Assembly (NCBI GenBank): GCA_043819555.1
Contig: JBDREQ010000003.1
Span: 32,001-96,000, forward strand
Length of the DNA stretch: 64,000 bases
Direction: 5' to 3'
Source: Candidatus Zixiibacteriota bacterium
GTDB taxonomy: Bacteria; Zixibacteria; MSB-5A5; GN15; JAAZOE01
Shown: positions 40,012 to 49,637 of the stretch, piece by piece
How the letters are laid out: each line of letters opens with the position of its first letter
Numbering within the stretch: position 1 is the stretch's first letter
Position numbers and translations under genes: made by a program
Notes under the pieces: generated by a model
Told to the model about the DNA's origin: nothing
Databases searched by the model: none
The model's input: the letters and a program-made list of their open reading frames with translations, nothing else

Positions 40012-40848
40012 GTGTACAGATTCGGTGATTTTACCATATATCATTTAGTTGAACAGCGATTCAAACTCGACGGGGGCTCGATGTTCGGTGTTATCCCAAA
40101 GAAGATTTGGGGCAAAATGATCGCTGCCGACGATGATAATCTGATACCGATGATTACCAATTTGTTTGTTGTGGATACCGGCGATAAAAAAATTCTATGC
40201 GATACCGGTCTCGGCGATAATCTTTCCGACCGGGAAAAAATAATCTATGCTACTGAGGGAAAGTCAAATATTGAGGCAGGTCTTGAAGAGATTGGACTTT
40301 CCTCCGGAGATATAGATGTCGTTTTTTTATCGCACTTGCATTCCGATCATTCCGGCGGAGCTGTTATTGAAAAAAAAGGGGAAATTATACCCCGTTTTGA
40401 AAATGCCAGATATCTGGTTCAAAAGGAAGAATGGCATGATGCTATGAACCCGGATGAACGCGCGGCGGCTGTTTATATTCCGAAGCGGATAAAACCGATT
40501 GAAGAATCGGGACAACTTGAATTATTGGATGGGGATTGTGGATATTTGCCTGGAATAAAAATAATCAAAACCGGCGGGCATACGCAGGGTCATATGGGGA
40601 TTGAATTTTCTTCGGGCGGAACGACAATTGTATATTATGCCGACATTATTCCGTCGTCGCATCATTTCAAAGTTCCATATGTATCATCGACGGATTTATT
40701 CCCCCTCGATACGATGAAAGTAAAGCGGCGATTAACTCAGCGGGCGCTTTCCGGCGAGATAGCCATTGCGTTCGATCACGATATCGAAATCCCGATTGGG
40801 AAGGTCCGGGAAGAATGCGTCAATACTATTATAGAGCCATTAGGTTAG
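40012..40848 (+). CDS. MBL-fold metallohydrolase (YtnP-like)
   Basis: LDGGSMFGV.PK; HLHSDH; GHT.GH. Confidence 0.9.
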   Translation: MYRFGDFTIYHLVEQRFKLDGGSMFGVIPKKIWGKMIAADDDNLIPMITNLFVVDTGDKKILCDTGLGDNLSDREKIIYATEGKSNIEAGLEEIGLSSGDIDVVFLSHLHSDHSGGAVIEKKGEIIPRFENARYLVQKEEWHDAMNPDERAAAVYIPKRIKPIEESGQLELLDGDCGYLPGIKIIKTGGHTQGHMGIEFSSGGTTIVYYADIIPSSHHFKVPYVSSTDLFPLDTMKVKRRLTQRALSGEIAIAFDHDIEIPIGKVREECVNTIIEPLG

Positions 40849-40883
40849 ATTTTTTGAATAAAATTATTCGATAAGGATAGCTC

Positions 40884-42434
40884 ATGTCGATTGAGAAAAA
40901 ACTGGAGGAGCTGGAAGCCAAGCGGGCTGAGGCGCGTCTTGGCGGCGGGCAGGCTAAAATAGACGCTCAGCGTGCCAAAGGGAAATTGACCGCTCGCGAA
41001 AGAATCGAGCTGTTTCTCGATAAAGGCAGTTTTGAAGAATTTGATATGTTTGTGACGCATCGCAGCCGTGATTTTGGCCTTGATAAGAAAAAAATATTGG
41101 GCGATGGGGTGGTTACCGGAGTCGGCGAGGTCAATGGACGGCAGATTTTCATATTTTCGCAGGACTTCACTGTTTTTGGCGGATCACTGGCTGAGGCGCA
41201 TGCCGAAAAGATTTGTAAAATTATGGATATGGCGATGAAAGTCGGCTCGCCGGTTATTGGTCTCAATGATTCCGGCGGCGCGAGAATTCAGGAGGGGGTT
41301 GTTTCATTGGGGGGTTATGCTGATATTTTTCTGCGCAATACTCAGGCTTCGGGAGTCGTTCCACAGATTTCGATTATTCTCGGTCCGTGCGCCGGAGGCG
41401 CTGTTTACAGTCCCGCTATCACCGATTTTACAATCATGGTTAAAAACCTGAGCCATATGTTTGTGACAGGACCGAACGTCGTCAAAACCGTAACGCATGA
41501 AGACGTGACATTCGAGGATCTGGGCGGAGCCGATACGCATGCCTCGATTTCCGGCGTGGCCCATTATGCCGCCGCCAACGAGCCGGATGCGATCAGGTTC
41601 GTAAAGGAATTGGTCAGTTTTATCCCGGCCAATAATATGGAAGATCCTCCATTTGTAAAAACTGACGATCCGAATGATCGAATGGATGAGGAGTTGAACC
41701 ATATTGTACCGCTCCATCCCAACAAACCGTATGATATTAAAGAAGTGATTAATCATATTGTCGATGACGGGAAATTTCTTGAGATACACGCCGATTTCGC
41801 GCAGAATATCGTGGTTGGATTTGCCCGTTTGGGCGGGTACTCGGTCGGTATCATAGCCAATCAACCGGCCGTTCTGGCCGGAGTGCTCGATATCAATTCA
41901 TCACGGAAGGCCGCGCGGTTTATTCGCTTCTGTGATGCCTTCAATATTCCGATTGTGACTTTTGAAGACGTCCCCGGATTTCTGCCCGGAACCGACCAGG
42001 AACATAATGGAATTATTGTTAACGGAGCCAAATTACTATTCGCTTATTGCGAAGCAACGGTTCCGAAAATCACGGTCATTACCCGCAAGGCATATGGGGG
42101 GGCATACGACGTTATGAACTCCAAGCATATTCTGGGCGATATGAATTACGGCTGGCCGACGGCGGAAATCGCGGTGATGGGCCCCAAAGGGGCTGTTGAG
42201 ATTATTTTCAAAAAGGAAATCGCGGCGGCGGAAGATAAAGAAAAAGCGATTGATGAGAAAGTCGCGGAATTTACCGAGATGTTTGCCAATCCGTATATTG
42301 CCGCCAAGCGAGGATATCTCGATGATGTCATCGAGCCGAAAACGACGCGTCCGCGCTTGATTCGGGCGCTTAAGATGCTGGAAAACAAACGGTATAATAA
42401 TCCACCTAAGAAGCATGGGAACATTCCGTTGTAG
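40884..42434 (+). CDS. pccB: Acyl-CoA (propionyl-CoA) carboxylase carboxyltransferase subunit
   Basis: [28 protein letters not shown]. Confidence 0.9.
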   Translation: MSIEKKLEELEAKRAEARLGGGQAKIDAQRAKGKLTARERIELFLDKGSFEEFDMFVTHRSRDFGLDKKKILGDGVVTGVGEVNGRQIFIFSQDFTVFGGSLAEAHAEKICKIMDMAMKVGSPVIGLNDSGGARIQEGVVSLGGYADIFLRNTQASGVVPQISIILGPCAGGAVYSPAITDFTIMVKNLSHMFVTGPNVVKTVTHEDVTFEDLGGADTHASISGVAHYAAANEPDAIRFVKELVSFIPANNMEDPPFVKTDDPNDRMDEELNHIVPLHPNKPYDIKEVINHIVDDGKFLEIHADFAQNIVVGFARLGGYSVGIIANQPAVLAGVLDINSSRKAARFIRFCDAFNIPIVTFEDVPGFLPGTDQEHNGIIVNGAKLLFAYCEATVPKITVITRKAYGGAYDVMNSKHILGDMNYGWPTAEIAVMGPKGAVEIIFKKEIAAAEDKEKAIDEKVAEFTEMFANPYIAAKRGYLDDVIEPKTTRPRLIRALKMLENKRYNNPPKKHGNIPL

Positions 42435-42456
42435 GGGGGAATTAAGAAAAACACTT

Positions 42457-43977
42457 ATGGGTAAGATAAATAAAATATTAATCGCCAACCGGGGTGAGAT
42501 TGCCGTTCGGGTTATACGCGGATGCCTGACGGCGGGAATTAAATCAGCTGCTGTTTATTCCGACCCCGATAGGACAGCTTTGCACGTTCGCATGGCCGAT
42601 GAAGCGTATCCTCTTTATGGTACGACGTCGGCGGAAACCTACCTGGTACAGCAAAAAATTATCGATATCGCCAAAAAATGCGGAGCGGACGCGATTCATC
42701 CCGGATACGGATTTCTGGCCGAAAACTCAACATTCGCAAAACTGTGCGCTGATAATGATATTATTTTTATTGGACCCTCCCCGGAAGCGATTGCCCTACT
42801 CGGTGATAAACTCGAAGCTCGAGAAGCGGCCATCAAAGCAAATCTCCCGCTCGCGCCGGCCAGCACTCAGGATATCGAGAATATAGAAGCGGCCAAAAAA
42901 GAAGCAGCCGAGATCGGATTTCCCGTATTAATCAAAGCTGCTGCTGGTGGAGGCGGCAAGGGTATGAGAATCGTGCACAACGCCGGCGATTTTGAGGCGG
43001 CGGCAAAAATGGCGGCGTCGGAAGCAGGCTCTGCTTTTGGCGACAGCCGCGTCTATATTGAAAAATATATTGCCCGACCGCGCCATATCGAAATACAGAT
43101 TATGGCCGACACTCACGGCAATGTCGTTCATCTGGGAGAGCGTGAATGCTCGATTCAGCGCCGGCATCAAAAAGTTATTGAAGAATCCCCCTCCCCTGTC
43201 GTAGATGAAAAACTTCGAAAGCGAATGGGCGAAGCGGCAAAAGCCATCGCCCGTGAAACCGGTTATGTTGGAGCCGGAACGGTGGAATTTCTGGTCGATG
43301 AAAATTTCAATTTTTATTTTCTCGAAGTCAACACCCGTTTACAGGTCGAACATCCGGTCACGGAAATGGTCTCCGGTTTTGATCTGGTGGCCGAACAAAT
43401 TCGAGTTGCCAACGGCGAGAAGTTATCATTTACTCAGGATGATGTGGTTCAGCGCGGGCATTCGATCGAATGCCGGATTTACGCTGAAGATGCCGCGGCC
43501 GGATTTGTGCCCAGCGTGGGGAAACTTGCTTCATATCAGGAGCCGGCCGGACCGGGCGTGAGAATCGATTCCGGTTTTGTTGCCGGAGATACTATCCCGG
43601 TTTATTATGATCCGCTGATTGCCAAACTTGTTTCCTACGGCCGCGACCGAACCGAGGCGATTAATTGTATGAAGCGGGCATTGAATGAATATACCGTTCA
43701 TGGCGTAGAGACGACGATTCCGTTTAACCTGCTGGTGATGAATAATGAGAGCTTCATCAAGGGAAACCTCTCGACACATTTTATTGCCGACGAGTTTCCG
43801 GAACTTAATGAAAGCCTGAGACGTTCCGAAGAAGATTTGGAACTTTCGGCCATGGTCGCCGCTATAATTGACCACCGCCAGCAAAGGCGGCTGGCTAAAT
43901 CGGCCCAAAAGAAGGAAGTTACGATAAACAATTGGAAGCTCTCCGGGAGAATCGGCGGTATAGGAAAGAATCGGTGA
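42457..43977 (+). CDS. Biotin carboxylase subunit
   Basis: IANRGEIA; HPGYGFLAEN; RECSIQRRHQK; EVNTRLQVEH. Confidence 0.95.
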   Translation: MGKINKILIANRGEIAVRVIRGCLTAGIKSAAVYSDPDRTALHVRMADEAYPLYGTTSAETYLVQQKIIDIAKKCGADAIHPGYGFLAENSTFAKLCADNDIIFIGPSPEAIALLGDKLEAREAAIKANLPLAPASTQDIENIEAAKKEAAEIGFPVLIKAAAGGGGKGMRIVHNAGDFEAAAKMAASEAGSAFGDSRVYIEKYIARPRHIEIQIMADTHGNVVHLGERECSIQRRHQKVIEESPSPVVDEKLRKRMGEAAKAIARETGYVGAGTVEFLVDENFNFYFLEVNTRLQVEHPVTEMVSGFDLVAEQIRVANGEKLSFTQDDVVQRGHSIECRIYAEDAAAGFVPSVGKLASYQEPAGPGVRIDSGFVAGDTIPVYYDPLIAKLVSYGRDRTEAINCMKRALNEYTVHGVETTIPFNLLVMNNESFIKGNLSTHFIADEFPELNESLRRSEEDLELSAMVAAIIDHRQQRRLAKSAQKKEVTINNWKLSGRIGGIGKNR

Positions 43978-43979
43978 TT

Positions 43980-44483
43980 ATGAAAAAAGTCCAGGTGACA
44001 ACGGCGGATAAGAATTGGGCCTTCGAATTAAACGAAGATAAAGGGCAGCTTTGCATTACCAATAACGGCGTTAATCATCAGGTTAATCTGGTTCCCCTTG
44101 AGCATAATTGTTTTTCACTTATAATTGATGGTCGCTCTTATACGGTGGGGGTCAACGGATCGAATAATGGTTATACCGTGTTTTTGGGCGCGCGCTCGGA
44201 AAAGTTCGCAGTTGAAGATTTTGAAATCGCGAAGGTTAAGCGCAAAGCGGGAATCATTGATGAAGAGAAGGACAAAAAAGTCATAGCTCCAATGCCGGGC
44301 ATGATAGTCTCCGTTGCCTGTTCTAAAGGCGAGAGCATTTCCAGGAATCAACCCCTGTTGATTATGGAAGCGATGAAGATGGAAAATGACATAAAATCAC
44401 CGGTGTTGGGAATTGTTAAAAATGTTTCCGTTGCCGCGGGGGATAATGTTAACAAGGGCCAGGTGTTGATTGAATTTGAATGA
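43980..44483 (+). CDS. Biotin carboxyl carrier protein
   Basis: APMPG; EAMKMEN biotinylation motif. Confidence 0.93.
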   Translation: MKKVQVTTADKNWAFELNEDKGQLCITNNGVNHQVNLVPLEHNCFSLIIDGRSYTVGVNGSNNGYTVFLGARSEKFAVEDFEIAKVKRKAGIIDEEKDKKVIAPMPGMIVSVACSKGESISRNQPLLIMEAMKMENDIKSPVLGIVKNVSVAAGDNVNKGQVLIEFE

Positions 44484-44554
44484 CTTTTTGGTTGAAAAGG
44501 AACCAACATGGCCGATAATATTCTAAAACAGATAACTTCTATTCAGAGGCGATA

Positions 44555-45073
44555 ATGCGATATAAAAGAGTAAGTATTTTTCTGGCGGTGATAATAATCG
44601 CAATTTCGTTTTTTTCGGGATGCAAAGAGGAAGTACCGCTCAATTCGACTGAAGCAATTTTATTCCAAAAATGCGAAGAACTTTTTACGCGCATAAAAGT
44701 TGGCGACTTCGATGCGGCTTATGAAAACGAATTTCCTTATCTGCGCGAAGAAGCCAGTCTTGAAGAATACTTGAAGCATCCAAGATACAAAAATTACAGT
44801 ATAGATACGCTGGTTGCTCTCCAATTGGATTCTATCCGGGATATGACCGATAGCGCCTTTCTTTATATCCAACTGGAATGGTTGTTAGCCGACAGCAGTT
44901 TGTTTATACAACCGATAGGTTTGCGTTATTATTATTCGGGTGATGAATGGATTAAACCATCGCTGTCCAGAATTGATGACCAGAGGCAATTTGAAGAAGA
45001 GTTGCGAGTTTACTGGGATGCGGTAGGGGAGATTCAGGAAAAGGAAGCGCTGGAGAATAAGGATAGTCTGTGA
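44555..45073 (+). CDS. Hypothetical lipoprotein
   Basis: Signal peptide with FSGC lipobox. Confidence 0.7.
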   Translation: MRYKRVSIFLAVIIIAISFFSGCKEEVPLNSTEAILFQKCEELFTRIKVGDFDAAYENEFPYLREEASLEEYLKHPRYKNYSIDTLVALQLDSIRDMTDSAFLYIQLEWLLADSSLFIQPIGLRYYYSGDEWIKPSLSRIDDQRQFEEELRVYWDAVGEIQEKEALENKDSL

Positions 45074-45474
45074 GTCGAAAGATTGACCATATCGGCATCG
45101 CCATAGAAAATCTGGACCAGGCAATTGAAACATATTCTCTATTACTAAATCAAGAACCGAACGAAATCGAAACGATTGAAGATCAAAAAGTAAGAGTTGC
45201 GATTTTTAAGACCGGTAATAGTAAAATCGAATTGCTTGAAGGACTTAGGACCGACAGCCCGATATCGAAATTTATCGCCAAACGGGGTCCCGGAATTCAT
45301 CATCTTTGTCTTATCGTGGAAAATCTTGAATTGGAATTGAAACGACTTAAAGCATCAGGAAGGCAGTTAATCGATGAAACGCCTCGGATCGGAACCGGAG
45401 GAAGCAAGGTCGCGTTTATTCACCCCCGTTCATCTTCAGGAATACTAATAGAGCTTAAGCAATTGGCGCAATAG
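45070..45474 (+). CDS. mce: Methylmalonyl-CoA epimerase
   Basis: IDHIGIA; IELLE; GPGIHH; AFIHP....G.LIEL. Confidence 0.9.
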   Translation: MSRKIDHIGIAIENLDQAIETYSLLLNQEPNEIETIEDQKVRVAIFKTGNSKIELLEGLRTDSPISKFIAKRGPGIHHLCLIVENLELELKRLKASGRQLIDETPRIGTGGSKVAFIHPRSSSGILIELKQLAQ

Positions 45475-45907
45475 AATATCCGAATTCATCGCGCAGTAAA
45501 TCATCTATTTTCCCCTTAATTAAATCACGGACAGTATCATAGGCTTGCTCGCGGGTTAAATCCTTTCCGCACATAGCATCCGGATTGGGGATTGACCAGT
45601 GAATATGAGTTGCCGAATCGGGGAAATATGCGCTATAACGCTTTATAGAATCGGCCAAAGTTATGATGTAATTGGCCCGGTTGAGGATATTTTCATCCAG
45701 ACCCCGGCTGTCATGGTGAGAGATGTCGATTCCGACTGATCTCATAGTTTCGACAGCAAGAGGATGGACCCCGGAGGGTGAGATTCCGGCCGAAGTAAAA
45801 TAGATTTTTCCATTACACAGATGTTTGCCCCAGCCTTCGGCCATTTGCGAGCGGACGGAATTTCCAGCGCAAACAAACAGGACATTTACAGTTTTTTTAT
45901 CATCCAC
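45455..45907 (-). CDS. LMW-PTP / ArsC-fold protein
   Basis: P-loop CAGNSVRSQMAEG; SAG. Confidence 0.85.
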   Translation of the reverse strand: MDDKKTVNVLFVCAGNSVRSQMAEGWGKHLCNGKIYFTSAGISPSGVHPLAVETMRSVGIDISHHDSRGLDENILNRANYIITLADSIKRYSAYFPDSATHIHWSIPNPDAMCGKDLTREQAYDTVRDLIKGKIDDLLRDEFGYSIAPIA

Positions 45908-45973
45908 AGGTGCAAATATAGAAAAAAATCGATAATTTGGAGATAAAAAAATCAATCTCGATGCGGTTTGTTT

Positions 45974-46002
45974 TTGACTTGTCGCGTTTATCGATTTATA
46001 AT
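45974..46002 (+). promoter_or_regulatory. sigma70 promoter
   Basis: TTGACT, 17 bp spacer, TATAAT upstream of the dCMP deaminase gene. Confidence 0.7.
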
Positions 46003-46048
46003 AAGGGCGTTAACCATAGCATAAATTATTTTTTGCGGGGAAAACCGG

Positions 46049-46570
46049 ATGGAGCGCACCATGACTCAAAAAATATCCAAGCGCGAAGATTATATCGGCT
46101 GGGATGAATATTTTATGGCTCTGGCGATATTATCGGCCAGGCGCAGCAAAGATCCTAATACACAAGTGGGGGCTTGCATTGTAAATGAAGAAAACCGCAT
46201 CGTCGGGATTGGCTACAATGGTTTTCCCGCCGGATGCAGCGACGAAGAATTACCCTGGGGGCGCGAGGGAGAATGGCTCGATTCCAAGTATCCTTATGTC
46301 TGTCACGCCGAAGTTAACGCCATTCTCAATAGTCATTTCGGACGTATGAACAATTGCCGCATGTATGTCAGCTTGTTTCCCTGTAACGAATGCGCCAAGA
46401 TGATTATTCAGGCCGGCATCAAGCAGGTAGTTTTTCTAAATGATAAATATCCCGATGATGAAAAATTCCTGGCCTCTCGAAAAATGTTCAAATTGGCCGG
46501 GGTTCTTCTAAGACAAATGCCGATTCCAGAAAAAAATATAACTCTGGATTTTAGGCAGTATTTTAATTGA
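46049..46570 (+). CDS. dCMP deaminase
   Basis: WDEYFM; RSKDP.TQVGA; HAE.NA; PCNEC. Confidence 0.93.
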   Translation: MERTMTQKISKREDYIGWDEYFMALAILSARRSKDPNTQVGACIVNEENRIVGIGYNGFPAGCSDEELPWGREGEWLDSKYPYVCHAEVNAILNSHFGRMNNCRMYVSLFPCNECAKMIIQAGIKQVVFLNDKYPDDEKFLASRKMFKLAGVLLRQMPIPEKNITLDFRQYFN

Positions 46571-46590
46571 TAGAAGAAAAATATCCCAAA

Positions 46591-46620
46591 AAAAACCCCC
46601 ATGGTTCCACGGGGGTTTTT
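46591..46620. terminator. Bidirectional terminator
   Basis: AAAAACCCCC...GGGGGTTTTT between convergent genes. Confidence 0.75.
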
Positions 46621-46636
46621 AAAATCCAGTAAAATT

Positions 46637-47578
46637 TTATCTAAATCGTTTAGGGCTGCGCGCTTCCCACTCGACAACAATCGGACTGGCGACGAAGACC
46701 GAACTGTATGTCCCGACCGCGATTCCGATGGCAAGAGCCAGGGAAAAAGTGAAGAGCACCTGACCGCCGACGAATAAAATCGTCAAAACCGCCATAAGCG
46801 TTGTCAGCGACGTAATAAGGGTTCGAGAAATTACTTCATTGATGCTCGAATTTATCGTCGCCACGAAATCGCCTTTTTTGCGGAATAACTTCAGGTTTTC
46901 TCGAATCCGGTCAAATACCACGACCGAATCGGTCAAAGAATATCCCCCGAGTGTCAATAACGCTGTTATAACCAGAGAATCAATCTCAATATTTAAAAGC
47001 CAGAAAATTCCCAGGACCGCCAGGACATCATGAAAAGTCGCTACCGTCGCGGCGACTCCGAAACGAAGATCGAAACGGATCCAAATATAGACCAGGATAA
47101 TAACGACAGCGAGAAGGACAGCATTGCGCGCGTCGGTCTTCAATTCCTCCCCGACCAGTGCGCCGATTGTTTGCTCCGAATCCTTATGGAAGTGATTTTC
47201 TGCAAATCTCGAATCGGAAGCGATAATATTCATGATTTTATCGACTGTCGATTCCGCATTGGGTAAATTTGATTCAGCCAAAGTCTTAACCCGAATCAAA
47301 TACGAGTTCTCAACACCTTCTATATTCAGGGCTTGAATGGTCGCCTCCGGGAACCCGTTGCCGGTTAACGCGTCGCGCAATTCCTCAATCGCAGCGGATT
47401 TGTCGAAATTACCCTGAATCATCGTGCCGCCGGTAAAATCAATCCCCATTTTGGCGGTTCCCATTAGAATATTCGCAAAGGCTGTCAGTCCCAGCAGGAT
47501 CAATATTGCTGAAAGGACGAAGGAGATTTTCCTTTTGCCGACAAAATCAATATTTGTTTTTCCAATTATCTTAAACAT
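46637..47578 (-). CDS. secF: Protein translocase subunit SecF
   Basis: GIDFTGG; FHDV; GYSLTD.VVVFDRIRE. Confidence 0.96.
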   Translation of the reverse strand: MFKIIGKTNIDFVGKRKISFVLSAILILLGLTAFANILMGTAKMGIDFTGGTMIQGNFDKSAAIEELRDALTGNGFPEATIQALNIEGVENSYLIRVKTLAESNLPNAESTVDKIMNIIASDSRFAENHFHKDSEQTIGALVGEELKTDARNAVLLAVVIILVYIWIRFDLRFGVAATVATFHDVLAVLGIFWLLNIEIDSLVITALLTLGGYSLTDSVVVFDRIRENLKLFRKKGDFVATINSSINEVISRTLITSLTTLMAVLTILFVGGQVLFTFSLALAIGIAVGTYSSVFVASPIVVEWEARSPKRFR

Positions 47579-47599
47579 ATTTTCAAATCTCCCAATCGT

Positions 47600-49300
47600 C
47601 TATATTGAAAGCGTTTTGTATTTTTTGCGCGAGACAAAAATTGATCTCGTGATTACCAACGCCGTGTATAGCGAAATTAAAACACCTAAAAAGAGCGATA
47701 CCGCAAATCCTTTAATCGATCCACTGCCGAACATGAATAAGATTCCCGCCGCCGCCAGAGTTGTAACGTGGCTGTCGATAATTGTGATTACAGCGCGATC
47801 ATATCCGGCGTCAATTGCCGCCCGGACCGTCTTGCCGGTTCGAAGTTCTTCTCGGATACGTTCGAATATTAAGACATTGGCATCAACTGAGATACCGATT
47901 GTTAAAATAATTCCCGCAATACCGGGCATCGTTAGAGTAGCGCTTAGGCCGGCAATAGCAGCAAGCAGGAAAAACAGGTTCGCAATAAGCGCCATATCAG
48001 CAATGAGGCCCGACAAGCGATAATAAACAGCGACAAACAACAGTACCAGGCAGAGAGCAATGATAACTGAGCGAATTCCACGCCTGATTGAATCTTCACC
48101 CAGCGACGGCCCGACAATACTGCTTTCGATTATCTCAACATCGGTCGGCAGGGCGCCGGCCTTTAAGACAATTGCCATATCATGCGCTTCCTGATAAGTT
48201 GATCCGGTACCCATCGTAATTGTTCCCTGGTCGCGAATACGGTCATTGATGCGCGGGGCAGATTCGACCTTATCATCCAGAACAATTGCCAGCGGTTTGC
48301 CAACATTGGGTCCGGTAACGCGTGAAAATCTTCGGCCGCCCTCGCGAGTTAAACGAAATTCAACTCTGGGCTTTCCATATTGGTCGTAAGATGGGTTAGC
48401 ATCAGTAAGGTATTCTCCCGACATTTGAACACGGCTGTTTAAGAGATATAACCTGAGTACTCTGCGGCCGCCGACGATTTCCGATTTGGTTCCCCAGGCA
48501 AACTGAACGTCGCTGGGGATAAGCTGTTTAACCGCCGGTTTATCGAGTTTACTTTTCATGGTCGCGACGATCTCTTCCTCGACAAACCACTCCGGCCCTA
48601 GGGCCTGCGGGGCCGCTTCCAGATATATTGAAAACGGCATGTCGAGTTCTTCTTCGGTCAAAGCTTCGAAATCGTCAATTGAATCGCCCGGTTGTTCACC
48701 CATCAAATCAGCCATAACATCAACTTCTGTGGTATCGGAGTCAGGTTTTTTTTCGGCAGTTTCTGGAGCCGGTTCCGTTTGATCGCTTGAAGATTCTTCG
48801 GGTGATTCTTCCATTTCAGATAATGCCTTGTCAATTTTAGACAAAAGTAATTGAGCGTTTTCCGCTGATTCCAGGAGCTTAAACTCCAATCGAGCCATGT
48901 CGCCAATCATTTTGCGGGCGCGTTCCGGATCGGTAAAGCCCGGTAAATCGACAATTATGCGATCGTTGCCTGATTTTTGAATAACCGGTTCAGCCACACC
49001 CAGTCCATCGACACGGTTTCTTATAATCGCAATGGCACGATCAACGGCTTCTTTGCGAGCAACATCGCTTAGCTTTTCGAGCTGAACTCGCAGAACCATA
49101 TGAATTCCGCCCTGCAGGTCAAGACCCAGCCGAATCGCTTCCTGTTTCATTTTAAGTAATTTAGAGGGATCTGTTTCCTTGAGTTGTTGCTTTTCTGTCT
49201 CCGGAGTTGTCCAGTACCGTACGGTCGGCCAGGAATAATAGACGGCGGTAAATAACAATAAAGCCGTAATAACAACTCGCCACATCTGTGTTCTGTTCAT
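47600..49300 (-). CDS. secD: Protein translocase subunit SecD
   Basis: LGLDLQGG; VGPSLG; VDANVLIFERIREE. Confidence 0.96.
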   Translation of the reverse strand: MNRTQMWRVVITALLLFTAVYYSWPTVRYWTTPETEKQQLKETDPSKLLKMKQEAIRLGLDLQGGIHMVLRVQLEKLSDVARKEAVDRAIAIIRNRVDGLGVAEPVIQKSGNDRIIVDLPGFTDPERARKMIGDMARLEFKLLESAENAQLLLSKIDKALSEMEESPEESSSDQTEPAPETAEKKPDSDTTEVDVMADLMGEQPGDSIDDFEALTEEELDMPFSIYLEAAPQALGPEWFVEEEIVATMKSKLDKPAVKQLIPSDVQFAWGTKSEIVGGRRVLRLYLLNSRVQMSGEYLTDANPSYDQYGKPRVEFRLTREGGRRFSRVTGPNVGKPLAIVLDDKVESAPRINDRIRDQGTITMGTGSTYQEAHDMAIVLKAGALPTDVEIIESSIVGPSLGEDSIRRGIRSVIIALCLVLLFVAVYYRLSGLIADMALIANLFFLLAAIAGLSATLTMPGIAGIILTIGISVDANVLIFERIREELRTGKTVRAAIDAGYDRAVITIIDSHVTTLAAAGILFMFGSGSIKGFAVSLFLGVLISLYTALVITRSIFVSRKKYKTLSI

Positions 49301-49637
49301 CTTTCGCCAACTTCCTTTACAAATTTAATTTGAGAAACGGCAATATAGTCTGGCAATATAGCAAAATAGCATAATATGTCAATTGTTTTAAACGTCGGCA
49401 AATGATGATGGTACTGAAGGCGATTATGTCGTAAGTTGCTTATTTTAGATAAGTTATAAAATTGAAAGGCCGATGATAATGAGTTATTGCCAAAGCAATA
49501 TGTAGAAATAATGAGCAGTCACCTGAAATGATTTGTGTTCCCAAAAAAGTAACGTTGACTTTTGACTTGAACGTAAATAGTTTACGTTTTTTCGCGTTTC
49601 CTCTATCGTAAAGATTGTATTTGGGAGTAGACAGATT

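Noticed and set aside
49339..49375. GGCAATATAG direct repeats upstream of secD
   Set aside because: Overlap an ordinary extended -10 promoter on the minus strand; too short to call as an operator
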